From: an uncultured Acidobacteriota bacterium
GTDB lineage: Bacteria; Acidobacteriota; Vicinamibacteria; Vicinamibacterales; 2-12-FULL-66-21
NCBI GenBank assembly: GCA_963750915.1
Contig: CAVVSF010000002.1
Location: forward strand, 394,303-458,302
Length of the DNA stretch: 64,000 nt
Direction: 5' to 3'
This document shows, one piece after another, positions 51,245-60,737 of the stretch; the stretch's first letter is position 1; each line of letters opens with the position of its first letter. The notes below the pieces were generated by a model. It ran no database searches. It saw nothing but the letters and a program-made list of their open reading frames with translations, and was not told the DNA's origin. A program made the translations under genes and the position numbers.

Positions 51245-51814
51245 ATGCACGGTAGCGTCAGCTCACTCATCACCGCCGTCGAGCGTGGCGATTCGTCATC
51301 GACGGAGGCGCTGTTCACGGCGCTGTACTCCGATCTCCGTCGCCTGGCGCGCCAGGAGCTGTCGCGTCGCGGCGCCGGCGTGACGCTGACGCCGACGGCG
51401 CTGCTGCACGAGGCGTATCTCGAGATCTCGAAGCGAGACGGCGCGATGTTCGTCGACCGCGCCCGCTTCATGGCCTATGCCTCGCGCGTGATGCGCGGCC
51501 TGATCATCGACTACGCGCGGGCGCGCCGGGCGCAGAAGCGCGGCGGCCAGTTCGAGATGACAACGCTCGATGCCGAGCCCGGCCGACGGCTGGTCGACGA
51601 TCGCGAGCTCGTGGCGATCAGCGACGCGCTCGACGAGCTCGCCGCCGTCGATCAGGCGCTGGCGGAGGTCGTCGATCTCAAATTCTTCTGCGGCTTCTCG
51701 TTCGGCGAGATCGCCGGCATGCGCCAGGTGTCGGAACGTACCGTGCAGCGGCAGTGGGACAAGGCGCGCATCTACCTGCACGGCGCCCTCCGCGACGCCC
51801 GTCTCCTGGCGTGA
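51245..51814 (+). CDS. ECF-type RNA polymerase sigma factor (kinase-associated ECF class)
   Basis: The region-2 motif TALLHEAYLEI and the region-4 HTH FFCGFSFGEIAGMRQVSERTVQRQWDKARIYL are typical of the ECF class found next to Ser/Thr kinases (recalled as TIGR02999/PF07638-type). Confidence 0.85.
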   Translation: MHGSVSSLITAVERGDSSSTEALFTALYSDLRRLARQELSRRGAGVTLTPTALLHEAYLEISKRDGAMFVDRARFMAYASRVMRGLIIDYARARRAQKRGGQFEMTTLDAEPGRRLVDDRELVAISDALDELAAVDQALAEVVDLKFFCGFSFGEIAGMRQVSERTVQRQWDKARIYLHGALRDARLLA

Positions 51815-51846
51815 CCCCAGGTTTCGTTCACCGCCCGGAGCCGCGG

Positions 51847-54474
51847 ATGTCAGGACTCGGCCGTCGACTCGACAACGATCGCTGGAAAGCGGTCAGCCCC
51901 TACCTCGATCGCGCCATGGACATGGAGCAGGGCGAGCGCTCCGCCTGGCTGGCGACGCTGCGCGAACAGCATCCGGCCGTCGCCGCCGATCTCGAACAAC
52001 TGCTCGACGAACGCGACACGATTCTCGAGGAGGGGTTCCTCGAAGAGGAGTGCCCGCGCCCCGGCACGCCGATCGCGGGCGGCATGGAGGTCGGCGCCTA
52101 CCGGCTGGTGTCGCCGCTCGGCCAAGGCGGCATGGGCACGGTGTGGCTGGCGGAACGCGCCGATGGCCGCTTCGAAGGGCGCGTCGCCGTCAAGCTGCTG
52201 AACCTGTCGCTGCTCGGTGCGCGCGCGTCGCGCGCTGAAGAACGGTTCAAGCGCGAGGGCAGCCTGCTCGCGCGGCTCACGCACCCGAACATCGCGCGTC
52301 TCATCGACGCCGGCGTCTCTCCCGACGGGCAGCCCTATCTCGTCCTCGAATACATCGACGGCGTGCCGATCGATCGCTACTGCGACGCGCGCGCGCTCGA
52401 CATCGCGGCGCGCCTGCGCCTCTTCCTCGACGTCCTGGCGGCGGTGGCGCACGCGCACGCGAACCTGGTCGTCCACCGCGACGTCAAGCCGTCGAACGTG
52501 CTCGTCAGGGCCGACGGCGCCGACGGCCACGTCAAGCTTCTCGATTTCGGCATCGCCAAGCTGCTGCAGTCGGACGAACTGCCGGCGCTGACCCGCGAAG
52601 GCGGCGCGGCGCTGACGCCGGAGTTCGCGGCGCCGGAGCAGGTGACGGGCCACCAGGTGACGACGGCGACCGACGTCTACGCCCTGGGCGTGCTCCTGTA
52701 TTTGCTGTTGTCCGGGCGCCACCCGGTGGATATCGGTTCCATGTCGCCGGCGGACCTGGTGAAGGCGATTGTCGATACCGACCCGCCGCGGCCGTCGGAC
52801 GTCGTGACTCGGCACCTGTCGCGCCCGCCGTCGGTCGACGACACGACCACGACTGATTCGGCGGGCGAGGTGATGGAGCCGCTGCCGGCGATCGCCAGCA
52901 GGCGGGGTACGACGCCGGAGCGGCTCAGCCGCCTGCTGCGCGGCGACCTCGATACGATCGTCGCCAAGGCGCTGCGCAAGAGCCCGCAGGATCGCTATCC
53001 TTCGGTGACGGCGCTGGCGGACGACCTTCGTCGCTACCTGGCGCAGCAGCCGATCAGCGCCCGGCCGGACACGCTGGCCTATCGCACCGCCAAGTTCGCC
53101 CGCCGTCATCTCGGCGCCGTCATGATCGGATGCGGCGTCGTCGCGATCATCGCGCTGCTGATCGGTTTCTACACCGTGCGCCTGACCGCCGAACGCGATC
53201 GCGCCCGCATCGAGGCGCAGAAGGCCGCCAAGATCAGCGAGCTGATGACCGAGCTCCTGACCGGCGCCGATCCGTTCCGCGACAAGCCCGATCCGACGCT
53301 GCGCGAGCTGCTCGACGCCGGCGCCGCCAGGCTGCGGCAGGAGCTCGCCGGTGAGCCCGAGATTCTCTCCGAGATGCTGACGTCAATCGGCCGCGTCTAT
53401 CAGCGGCTCGAGGTCAGCGACAGGGCACAGGCGATGCTCGAGCAGGCGCTCGCGCTCGGCCGCAGCGTACCCGGTGGGGAACACACGCGCGTCGCTGACA
53501 CGATGAACGATCTCGGGGTGCTGCTGCGCATGAAAGGGGACGCCAAGGCGTCGGTCTCGATGCTCGACGACGCGCTTTCGATGCGGCGTCGGCTGCTCGG
53601 TCCGGTTCACAAGGATGTCGCCGTCACCATCTCGGAGCTCGGCCGCTCCTACGGCAGCCTGGGCCAGCCGGCGCGGGCCGAAACACTCGCGCGCGAGGCG
53701 CTGGCGATGCGCCGCGAGATCTTCGGCGAGCGGCACCGTGAGACGGCGACGACGATGGGCGACCTGGGGTTGCTCTTGTGGCAGCGCGGAGATTTCGCCG
53801 GCGCCGAACCGCTGCTGCGTCAGAGCCTGGAGATCAGCCGGGCCACCCTCGGCGGGCGCCACGCGAATGTCGGCTCGGCGCTCGCCAACCTGGCGCTGGT
53901 GGTCGCCGACCTCGGCAATCACGCCGAGGCGGAGACGCTCTTGCGCGAAGCGGTGGTCGTCCGGACCACGGCGCTGGGGCCGCGGCATCCATCGCTGGCG
54001 ATCACCTGGAACAACCTCGCGTATCCGCTCCGCGAGCAACGCAAGTACCCGGAAGCGATCGCGGCGATGGACGAGGCGCTGGCGCTGGCGATCCCGGCGC
54101 GCGGCGACGACAGCCCGACGGTCGCGACCTACCGGATCAATCTCGCGAGGGTGCATGTCGCCAGCGGCGACGGCGCCGCGGCGGAGCCGCTGTTGCGGCG
54201 GGCGCTGGCGGTCCGCCGCCAGGCCTACGGCGACGATGATTGGCGGGTCGGGACGGCGCGGAGCCTGCTCGGCGCCGCCTTGACCTCACAGCGACAGTAC
54301 GCTGACGCCGAGCGGCTGCTGCTCGATGCTCAGCGAGTCCTCAAGGACGAGCCCGGCGCCCAGGGGCGCGAGGCGAAGGCGAACCGTGTCCGACTCCAGG
54401 CGCTCTACGAGGCATGGACGCGGCCACGCGGGCCCGCCCTTGTCGGGCGCGTGACGCCTGTCAGGTTCTATTAG
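51847..54474 (+). CDS. Ser/Thr protein kinase with N-terminal sigma-partner region, TM helix and TPR array
   Basis: YRLVSPLGQGGMGTVWLAE, VAVKLL, HRDVKPSNVL, DFGIAK, APEQ. TM helix LGAVMIGCGVVAIIALLIGFY. TPR repeats. The alternative GTG start at 51811 overlaps the sigma stop (GTGA). Confidence 0.9.
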   Translation: MSGLGRRLDNDRWKAVSPYLDRAMDMEQGERSAWLATLREQHPAVAADLEQLLDERDTILEEGFLEEECPRPGTPIAGGMEVGAYRLVSPLGQGGMGTVWLAERADGRFEGRVAVKLLNLSLLGARASRAEERFKREGSLLARLTHPNIARLIDAGVSPDGQPYLVLEYIDGVPIDRYCDARALDIAARLRLFLDVLAAVAHAHANLVVHRDVKPSNVLVRADGADGHVKLLDFGIAKLLQSDELPALTREGGAALTPEFAAPEQVTGHQVTTATDVYALGVLLYLLLSGRHPVDIGSMSPADLVKAIVDTDPPRPSDVVTRHLSRPPSVDDTTTTDSAGEVMEPLPAIASRRGTTPERLSRLLRGDLDTIVAKALRKSPQDRYPSVTALADDLRRYLAQQPISARPDTLAYRTAKFARRHLGAVMIGCGVVAIIALLIGFYTVRLTAERDRARIEAQKAAKISELMTELLTGADPFRDKPDPTLRELLDAGAARLRQELAGEPEILSEMLTSIGRVYQRLEVSDRAQAMLEQALALGRSVPGGEHTRVADTMNDLGVLLRMKGDAKASVSMLDDALSMRRRLLGPVHKDVAVTISELGRSYGSLGQPARAETLAREALAMRREIFGERHRETATTMGDLGLLLWQRGDFAGAEPLLRQSLEISRATLGGRHANVGSALANLALVVADLGNHAEAETLLREAVVVRTTALGPRHPSLAITWNNLAYPLREQRKYPEAIAAMDEALALAIPARGDDSPTVATYRINLARVHVASGDGAAAEPLLRRALAVRRQAYGDDDWRVGTARSLLGAALTSQRQYADAERLLLDAQRVLKDEPGAQGREAKANRVRLQALYEAWTRPRGPALVGRVTPVRFY

Positions 54475-54502
54475 CCCGCCGACACCGCGCCAATTCCCTC
54501 CA

Positions 54503-55423
54503 TCACTGCCTGGTGCGGACGACGAACGTCGCCCGGCTGCCGCCGGCGCACGGCGCCGCCGGCGAGACGACGACCGTGTAGCGACCCTCGGCGGGGTAGT
54601 TGTGACGAACGACCTCCGGCAGATCCGCGTTGCGGCCTTCGCTGTTGCCGTCGCCGTAGTCGAGCGTATACGCGCAGCGTCCGGCGCCCTCGACGCGGAT
54701 CTCCCGCACGCCCGGACCGGCGCTGCGATCGAGATTGATGGTCACGCGATCGACGCGAGGAGCGACCGCGGCGCCGACGATGAGGAGGGCGGTGTGACGG
54801 CCGCCGCACGCAGTGATCGGATTCGCGACCACCGCGTACTTACCGGCGAGCGCATAGGTGTGGCGCGCCGTAAGCGGCAGCGCCCCATCGAGCTCCTGCG
54901 AGTTACCGTCGCCGAAGTCGAGGTTGACTCGGCATGCACCCTGGCCGGCGATCTTGATTTCAGCCGCGGTCTTCGGGGCAACCGTTGAGGGCGTCAGTTC
55001 GAGCCCGGTGATTCTCGGCGCCGAAGGCGCGGGCGGCGCTGGCGGCGCTGGCGGGGGCGGCGGCGGAGGTGGAGGAGGCCCGGCAATCTTGGCTTGCGTC
55101 GTCGCCTGGCCGGCACAGTTGCCCATCCCCTGCGCCCGCACGGTGTAGGTGCCGCCGTACTGGTAGACGTGGGACTGGGTGACCGGCAACGTCGAGGTTG
55201 CGTACGTAATCGCGGTGCCATCGCCCCAGTCGATATGAACGGCGCCGCACAAGCCGCTGCCCGTTGCCGTCGCGTTCGTCGGTGTGCCGGCGCGTCCATC
55301 TCCCGAGAGTTTGACGCCGACGATCGTGCTGTCCTGTGCCGAGGCCATTACCGGTACGCTCGTCGCGAGGGCCAGGGCCATCGCCGATGCGCCGACGAGC
55401 CCGTTCAGCTGCCACTGCATCAT
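54503..55423 (-). CDS. secreted protein with three PKD-like repeats and a poly-Pro linker
   Basis: Signal peptide ...AMALALATSVPVMASAQ. Three repeats with D(W/F/Y)GDG...H.Y...G.Y.V. Linker PPPPPPPPPPAPPAPPAPSAP. Confidence 0.75.
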   Translation of the reverse strand: MMQWQLNGLVGASAMALALATSVPVMASAQDSTIVGVKLSGDGRAGTPTNATATGSGLCGAVHIDWGDGTAITYATSTLPVTQSHVYQYGGTYTVRAQGMGNCAGQATTQAKIAGPPPPPPPPPPAPPAPPAPSAPRITGLELTPSTVAPKTAAEIKIAGQGACRVNLDFGDGNSQELDGALPLTARHTYALAGKYAVVANPITACGGRHTALLIVGAAVAPRVDRVTINLDRSAGPGVREIRVEGAGRCAYTLDYGDGNSEGRNADLPEVVRHNYPAEGRYTVVVSPAAPCAGGSRATFVVRTRQ

Positions 55424-55579
55424 GCACCTCTGCCGCGACTAGCTGCAGAAGTTGTGCCGGCCCTTCTTATCCCGCCATAAGGATTCGCGATTCGCATGGC
55501 CGAGGCGGATCGTGCAGACTTGCTCCGCATGCGACGTACGCTCTTCTCTGCCTGGCAACAATGCTCAGTGCTGGTCTGC

Positions 55580-55850
55580 TGGCCCCGGCCGCTGACGAAG
55601 ATTCCCGAAGCCGTTCCTGCGGCCGATCGCGAGCGCATCGTCCGCGACGGCACCGCGGCGATCCGCGAATCGGTGCTGCCCGCCTACCGCGAGTTCCTCG
55701 CGTTCATGTCGACAACCTATCTCCCGCGAGCTGCGGCGTCAGGCCGACGTGACGGCGTTCGTCGAGGGATGGGCACGATGCGGTGCTGAGCCAGGGCTCG
55801 GTATCGTTGGTCTTTCTCGACCGGCAGGTCGATCAATGGATTAGCACCGT
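55580..55850 (+). pseudogene. degraded DUF885-like gene remnant
   Basis: Frame 1 reads ADRERIVRDGTAAIRESVLPAYREFLAFMSTTYLPRA, like the central DUF885 segment. About 40 nt later, another frame reads AFVEGWARCGAE, like the C-terminal EGWA.Y.E motif. The roughly 250 aa expected between the two are missing. Confidence 0.35.
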
Positions 55851-55936
55851 CAAGGCCAAATCGCAGTAAAGGAGTGCGGGCGGCCGCGGGTTGACAGACC
55901 CGGCTCGGCAATACAAGATCCACCTAGAGTTCCCAC

Positions 55937-56578
55937 ATGAGCGCCCTCCCTTGCACGACCGGCGCGTCGGCCGCGATCGGCCGGCTGCCGGCGCGGCCGC
56001 TGGCACCCGGAACACCGGTCGCCGACGCCTTCATCTGGCGCGGCATCCCCGACTTCCGCGAGGCGTGCCGGTGGGTGGAGGCGCTGCCGTACGCCCACAA
56101 TGCAACCGACGACCCGCTGATTCTTTTCGCGGACGGCTACGGGACCTGCTTCACGAAGCACGCCGTCGTCGCCCGCCTGGCCGCCGAAATCGGCGTGCCA
56201 GTGCAGAAGCACCTCGGGTTCTACAAGCTGACCGACGACATCGTGACCGGCGTCGGGGCCGTGCTGCGGCCGCACGGCCTGCCGTTCATCCCGCAGATGC
56301 ACTGCTTCATCGGCTATGCGGGCCTGATTGTCGACCTCACTGCCGGCAATGCCACCGGCAGGAACCGTCCCGTCGAAGACTACGATTTCATCGTTCGCCT
56401 CCCGGGCGAACCGACGGCGCGGGACCTGCAGCGCCTGTACGGCGTGCATCTCGCGCGCTACGCCGCGGTCGAGCCGCGGCTGGCATCGTTGACTATCGCC
56501 GACGCCTCCCGAATCCTGGCTGACTGCGACGCGATCGCCCGATCGCGCTGCCGGCCCGCTCCCGTGTCACCGTGCTGA
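55937..56578 (+). CDS. hypothetical protein, possibly transglutaminase-like cysteine peptidase fold
   Basis: GYGTCFTKHAVVARLAAEIGVPVQKHLGFY followed by PQMHCFIGYAGLIVDLT fits a Cys...His...Asp transglutaminase-core pattern. Weak, by eye only. Confidence 0.45.
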   Translation: MSALPCTTGASAAIGRLPARPLAPGTPVADAFIWRGIPDFREACRWVEALPYAHNATDDPLILFADGYGTCFTKHAVVARLAAEIGVPVQKHLGFYKLTDDIVTGVGAVLRPHGLPFIPQMHCFIGYAGLIVDLTAGNATGRNRPVEDYDFIVRLPGEPTARDLQRLYGVHLARYAAVEPRLASLTIADASRILADCDAIARSRCRPAPVSPC

Positions 56579-56688
56579 AGTGTGCCGGCAGGGAGACGGC
56601 GATGCATATGTCCAGAGCCCGGCGAGTCATGGCGGCCACAGCGGTGCTGGTGGCGGCGCTGGCCGCACCGTTCTAGTCTGTAAACGTC

Positions 56689-57294
56689 GTGGTCCGCATC
56701 GCACCGATCGCGCTCGAGGGGAACGGCGTGCGCCTCGAACCGCTTGCACCGGCCCATGCGGACGGCCTGCGTCAGGCGGCCAGCGACGGCGAGCTCTGGA
56801 CGCTCTGGTACACGAGCGTTCCGGCGCCGGCGGAGGTCGAGACCTATATCGAGTCGGCGCTCGCCGGCCAGGCCGCGACGTCGATGCTGCCGTGGGCGGT
56901 GCGCGAGCTCGCGACCGGCGCCATCGTCGGCAGCACCCGCTATCACGACATCGTCGCCGCCATCGATCGAGTGGAGATCGGCTACACCTGGTACGCGAAG
57001 TCCTGGCAGCGCAGCCACGTCAACACTGCCTGCAAGCTGCTGCTCTTTGGCCACGCCTTCGACAGGCTCGGCTGCCGGGTCGTCGGGCTCCGCACGGACA
57101 ACTTCAACTTCGCCTCGCAGCAGGCGATCGCCGGCCTCGGTGCGAAGCGCGACGGCATCATCCGCCACCATCAACCGCGTCGCGACGGCACTGTGCGTGA
57201 CACCCACATGTTCAGCGTGCTGGCAGCCGAGTGGCCCGACGTGAAGCGCCACCTCACCGCCCGGATCGAACGGCACGGGAGTTCGCGCCTGTGA
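56689..57294 (+). CDS. GNAT family N-acetyltransferase (RimJ/RimL-like)
   Basis: LEGNGVRLEPLAPAHADGL...EIGYTWYAKSWQRSHVNTACKLLLFGHAFDRLGCRVVGLRTDNFNFASQQAIAGLGAKRDG. GTG start. Confidence 0.8.
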   Translation: MVRIAPIALEGNGVRLEPLAPAHADGLRQAASDGELWTLWYTSVPAPAEVETYIESALAGQAATSMLPWAVRELATGAIVGSTRYHDIVAAIDRVEIGYTWYAKSWQRSHVNTACKLLLFGHAFDRLGCRVVGLRTDNFNFASQQAIAGLGAKRDGIIRHHQPRRDGTVRDTHMFSVLAAEWPDVKRHLTARIERHGSSRL

Positions 57295-58568
57295 GCGACC
57301 CTCGCGCCGGCGCCGCCAGCGCAGCGACGGCGGCGACGCCCGCGGCGGCGGCCGCCGTCACCCGCATCATGTCGCTCGACGCCCTTCGCGGCCTCGTGAT
57401 GTTCCTGATGCTGGCGGAGATGATGCGGCTCTGGACCGTCAGCGCGGCTTTTCCCGGCAGCCGGTTCTGGGCGCTGGTCGCGTACCACACGACCCACGTG
57501 CCGTGGCAGGGCTGCTCGCTCCACGATCTGATTCAGCCGGCGTTCTCGCTGCTGGTCGGGGCGGCGCTGCCGTTCTCGATCGCCAGCCGCGCCGCCCGCG
57601 GCCAGGGCTTCCAACGGATGCTGGGGCACGCGATCTGGCGCAGCCTGGCCCTGATCTTCCTCGGCATCCTGCTGCGATCGATCGGCCGGCCGCAGATCTA
57701 CTGGACGTTCGAGGACACGCTGACGCAAATCGGCCTCGGCTACACGGCGCTGTTCCTGCTGGCGTTCGTTTCGCTCCGGGTACAGATCGCCACGTTCGTC
57801 CTCCTGCTCGTCGGCTTCTGGGCCGCGTTCGTGCTGTATCCGCTGCCGCCGCCGGATTTCGACTACAGCCGCGTTGGCGTGAAGCCGGGCTGGCCACACC
57901 TGTACAGCGGCTTCCTCGCGCACTTCAACAAGAACTCGAACCTGTCCTGGGCCTTCGACGTCTGGTTCCTCAATCTCTTCCCGCGGCAATCGCCATTCCG
58001 GTTCAACTCCGGCGGCTGGTCGACGCTCAGCTTCGTGCCGACGCTGGCGACGATGCTGATCGGCCTGTGGGTCGGCCGCTGGCTGCAGGGAAGTGTGGCG
58101 CCAGCTACGGGAGCGCATGCCGCGACACCCGGGGCGCGCCGATCGCCGATGGAGACATGGAAGGGACTGCTTGCAGGCGGCGTTGCGCTGACCATCGGCG
58201 GCCTGCTGTTCCAGTGGGCCGGCCTGTCCCCGATCGTCAAGCGCATCTGGACTTCGTCGTACACGCTCTACAGCGGCGGGCTGGTGTGCCTGATGCTGGC
58301 GGCTCTCTACTTCATCATCGACGTCAAGGGATGGAAACGGTGGACCTTCCCGCTGCTCGTGATCGGCGCCAACTCGATCGTTGTCTACGTCATGAGCGGG
58401 ACGATCGAGCATCCGGTCGCTGAAGGGCTCGAGCGGACGATCGGCGTCGCTCCCTTCACGCTTCTTGGGGCGCCGTTCGTGCCCGTCCTGCGCGGCGCGG
58501 CCGTCCTGGCGATCTTCTGGCTCGTTCTCTACGGGATGTATCGCCGCCGTTGGTTCGTACGAATCTGA
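57291..58568 (+). CDS. polytopic membrane acyltransferase-like protein (DUF5009 / heparan-alpha-glucosaminide N-acetyltransferase-like)
   Basis: The GTG start overlaps the GNAT stop (GTGA). RIMSLDALRGLVMFLMLAEM, followed by about 10 hydrophobic helices. Confidence 0.6.
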   Translation: MSDPRAGAASAATAATPAAAAAVTRIMSLDALRGLVMFLMLAEMMRLWTVSAAFPGSRFWALVAYHTTHVPWQGCSLHDLIQPAFSLLVGAALPFSIASRAARGQGFQRMLGHAIWRSLALIFLGILLRSIGRPQIYWTFEDTLTQIGLGYTALFLLAFVSLRVQIATFVLLLVGFWAAFVLYPLPPPDFDYSRVGVKPGWPHLYSGFLAHFNKNSNLSWAFDVWFLNLFPRQSPFRFNSGGWSTLSFVPTLATMLIGLWVGRWLQGSVAPATGAHAATPGARRSPMETWKGLLAGGVALTIGGLLFQWAGLSPIVKRIWTSSYTLYSGGLVCLMLAALYFIIDVKGWKRWTFPLLVIGANSIVVYVMSGTIEHPVAEGLERTIGVAPFTLLGAPFVPVLRGAAVLAIFWLVLYGMYRRRWFVRI

Positions 58569-58624
58569 CGTCAACGGCACCATCAGCCGCGACCCATCCT
58601 TGAACGACCGCGCCGGGCACCGGG

Positions 58625-60574
58625 TCAGGTCGTGTACTTGACGCGGACGCTCGCTGGAAGAACGCGCGTGCCCGCGAGTGTCACGCCCGGCAGGCTGTCG
58701 AGGTGCACTTCGCGCAGCCGCGGCATCGCCGCGAGGTGGACCAGGCCCGCGTCCGTGACGCCGTTGCACTCGTAGAGCTCAATCTGTTCGAGCGCCTGGA
58801 TGCGGCCGAGGATCTCGAGGCTGGCGTCGGTGATGAGTGTCAACCCGGCATAGTAGTAGCGGATCTGCAGGCCGGCGATGTGACGAGTGGCGGCGTCGGT
58901 CGTGTCGCGGCAGTACATGCAGGTCAGGCGCTCGAGCCTGGCGCAGCCGCCGACATGGGCGAAGCCGGCATCGGCGACGTCGATGGGGGTCAGCTCCCTC
59001 AGCCCGGGAAAGTCTGGGAGCCGTGACAGGCCCTCATCAGTCACGTTCTTGCAGCTGACGCCGAGTCCCCGCAGCGATGCAAGGCGCGAGAGCGCCGCGA
59101 AGCCACGGTCGGTGAGGTTGATCGTGTCGCGGCCGGTCCACAGCGACTCCAGCGTCCGCGACCGGCTCAATGCCTCGAAGCCGTCATCAGTGGCGACGGT
59201 GGCCTGGGCGCGCAGCTTGCGCAGGCGCGGCATGGCTGCCATGTGCTCCATCGCCTGGTCGTCGCTGAGCCGGCCGTCGGCGCCGAGCATCATCAGGTTC
59301 GCGAGCCGTTGCAGGTGAGCGAAGCCGGCGGCGGTCACCCGGGGCACGTGCCAGAACAGGTCGAGGCCGGCGACGCCGTCGAGCCCGGCCAGGCCGGCGA
59401 GACCGTCGTCGGTGAACGGACCGTCGATGAGCAGCTCGGCGCCGCCGTCGTCGCCTTCCTTCGCGCCGTCCCGCGGCTGCCACTCCTTCAGCCGCGGGAA
59501 CTCCTGGAGCAGCGGCAGGCCCGCATCGGTGACGAGCGCGCCGGTGCTGAAGTGGCGCAGCCGCGGCTTGCCGCGCAACGCGGCGATCGCGCCGTCGCCG
59601 GTCGGCGACCCCATGAGGTTGACTCGTTCGAGCTTGTCGCAGGCGGCGAGATGCGCGACCCCGGCGTCGCTGATGCCACGCTGCCATGTCATCTCGAAAG
59701 TCCGCAGGTTCGGCAGATGACGCAGGACCTGAAGGCCGCGATCGGTCAGCTTGCCGCCGGGGTACTCGCTGAGATCGAGAAGCTCGAGCTGCGGCATAGC
59801 CGCGAGCGCCTGGAGGCCGTCGTCGGTGAGCTCACGGGAACCTCCGAGGCGAAGCTCGGTGACGTCCGGCAGCCGGGCGACGCGCGAGAGGATCTCGTCG
59901 GTCATCAAGCCGCCGGCGTCGAGGCTCGTGACGCGGCGCTCTCGCATCACGGTGATCAGCCCGTCCCAGTCGCCGTCGCCAAGGTGCCGTCGTGGGGCGA
60001 TCCGTCGTTCCGCTTCGTCGAGGTCGTATGGAGGGATCGGCGACTCGCCAGTGGCGACCGCCTCCAGCAGCGCCGGCCAGCTGCTGAAGCCGACGTCCTG
60101 CGCCAGCAGGATCCGCGCTTCGTCGAGCGCGAGGTAGTTCTTCGGCACGCGAGACGAGCGTTGACGATACCCGTAGACGCGCCGCCAGATCTCGGCCGCG
60201 ACGTCGTCGGCCGTGAAGGTTCGGTGATAGTAGGCGTTCAGCCGGCCGATCGCGCCGGCGTCCTGCTCGTCGGATGCGCGCACCCAGTCTTCGGCAAGCG
60301 CTTCGTACTCCGCTGCCGTCCGCAGTGACGCATCGCCGGGCTGGCGCGCCGATTCGGTGAGGACGCGCTTGAGAGCGGCCCAATCGGTTGCCTCGTACTC
60401 GAGCGCCAGCGCGTGCTGCACGTCGCGGAGGGTGGGCTCGGCTGGCGTTTTCGGGTGAGCGACGTCAAAGCGCGTGCGGGCGTCGGCGTCGCCGGCGCGA
60501 AGCGCCTTCAACCAGCGTTTGGCTTCCTTGCGGAGGTTCTCGAGAGTGGTGGCGGACGTGATCGTACGCGGCAT
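58625..60574 (-). CDS. leucine-rich-repeat (RNI-like) protein with helical N-terminal module
   Basis: N-terminus LENLRKEAKRWLKALRAGDADA. Then more than 12 repeats of about 24-26 aa with L..L..L.L....ITD.GL periodicity. Confidence 0.75.
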   Translation of the reverse strand: MPRTITSATTLENLRKEAKRWLKALRAGDADARTRFDVAHPKTPAEPTLRDVQHALALEYEATDWAALKRVLTESARQPGDASLRTAAEYEALAEDWVRASDEQDAGAIGRLNAYYHRTFTADDVAAEIWRRVYGYRQRSSRVPKNYLALDEARILLAQDVGFSSWPALLEAVATGESPIPPYDLDEAERRIAPRRHLGDGDWDGLITVMRERRVTSLDAGGLMTDEILSRVARLPDVTELRLGGSRELTDDGLQALAAMPQLELLDLSEYPGGKLTDRGLQVLRHLPNLRTFEMTWQRGISDAGVAHLAACDKLERVNLMGSPTGDGAIAALRGKPRLRHFSTGALVTDAGLPLLQEFPRLKEWQPRDGAKEGDDGGAELLIDGPFTDDGLAGLAGLDGVAGLDLFWHVPRVTAAGFAHLQRLANLMMLGADGRLSDDQAMEHMAAMPRLRKLRAQATVATDDGFEALSRSRTLESLWTGRDTINLTDRGFAALSRLASLRGLGVSCKNVTDEGLSRLPDFPGLRELTPIDVADAGFAHVGGCARLERLTCMYCRDTTDAATRHIAGLQIRYYYAGLTLITDASLEILGRIQALEQIELYECNGVTDAGLVHLAAMPRLREVHLDSLPGVTLAGTRVLPASVRVKYTT

Positions 60575-60737
60575 CGAAACCTTCCTTCCGTTGATGCCCG
60601 AGTCCGCTCAGTCAGGGCCGGAATGAAGGTTCGTCGAACGTGCGAACCGACGTGGGTGGGAGCACGCTCCCTTGCCGCGGACAGGTGGCGCCCCAATGCG
60701 CGCTGCCGCAGAGTCTGGCGCAGGCGGCCGGCGAGTG

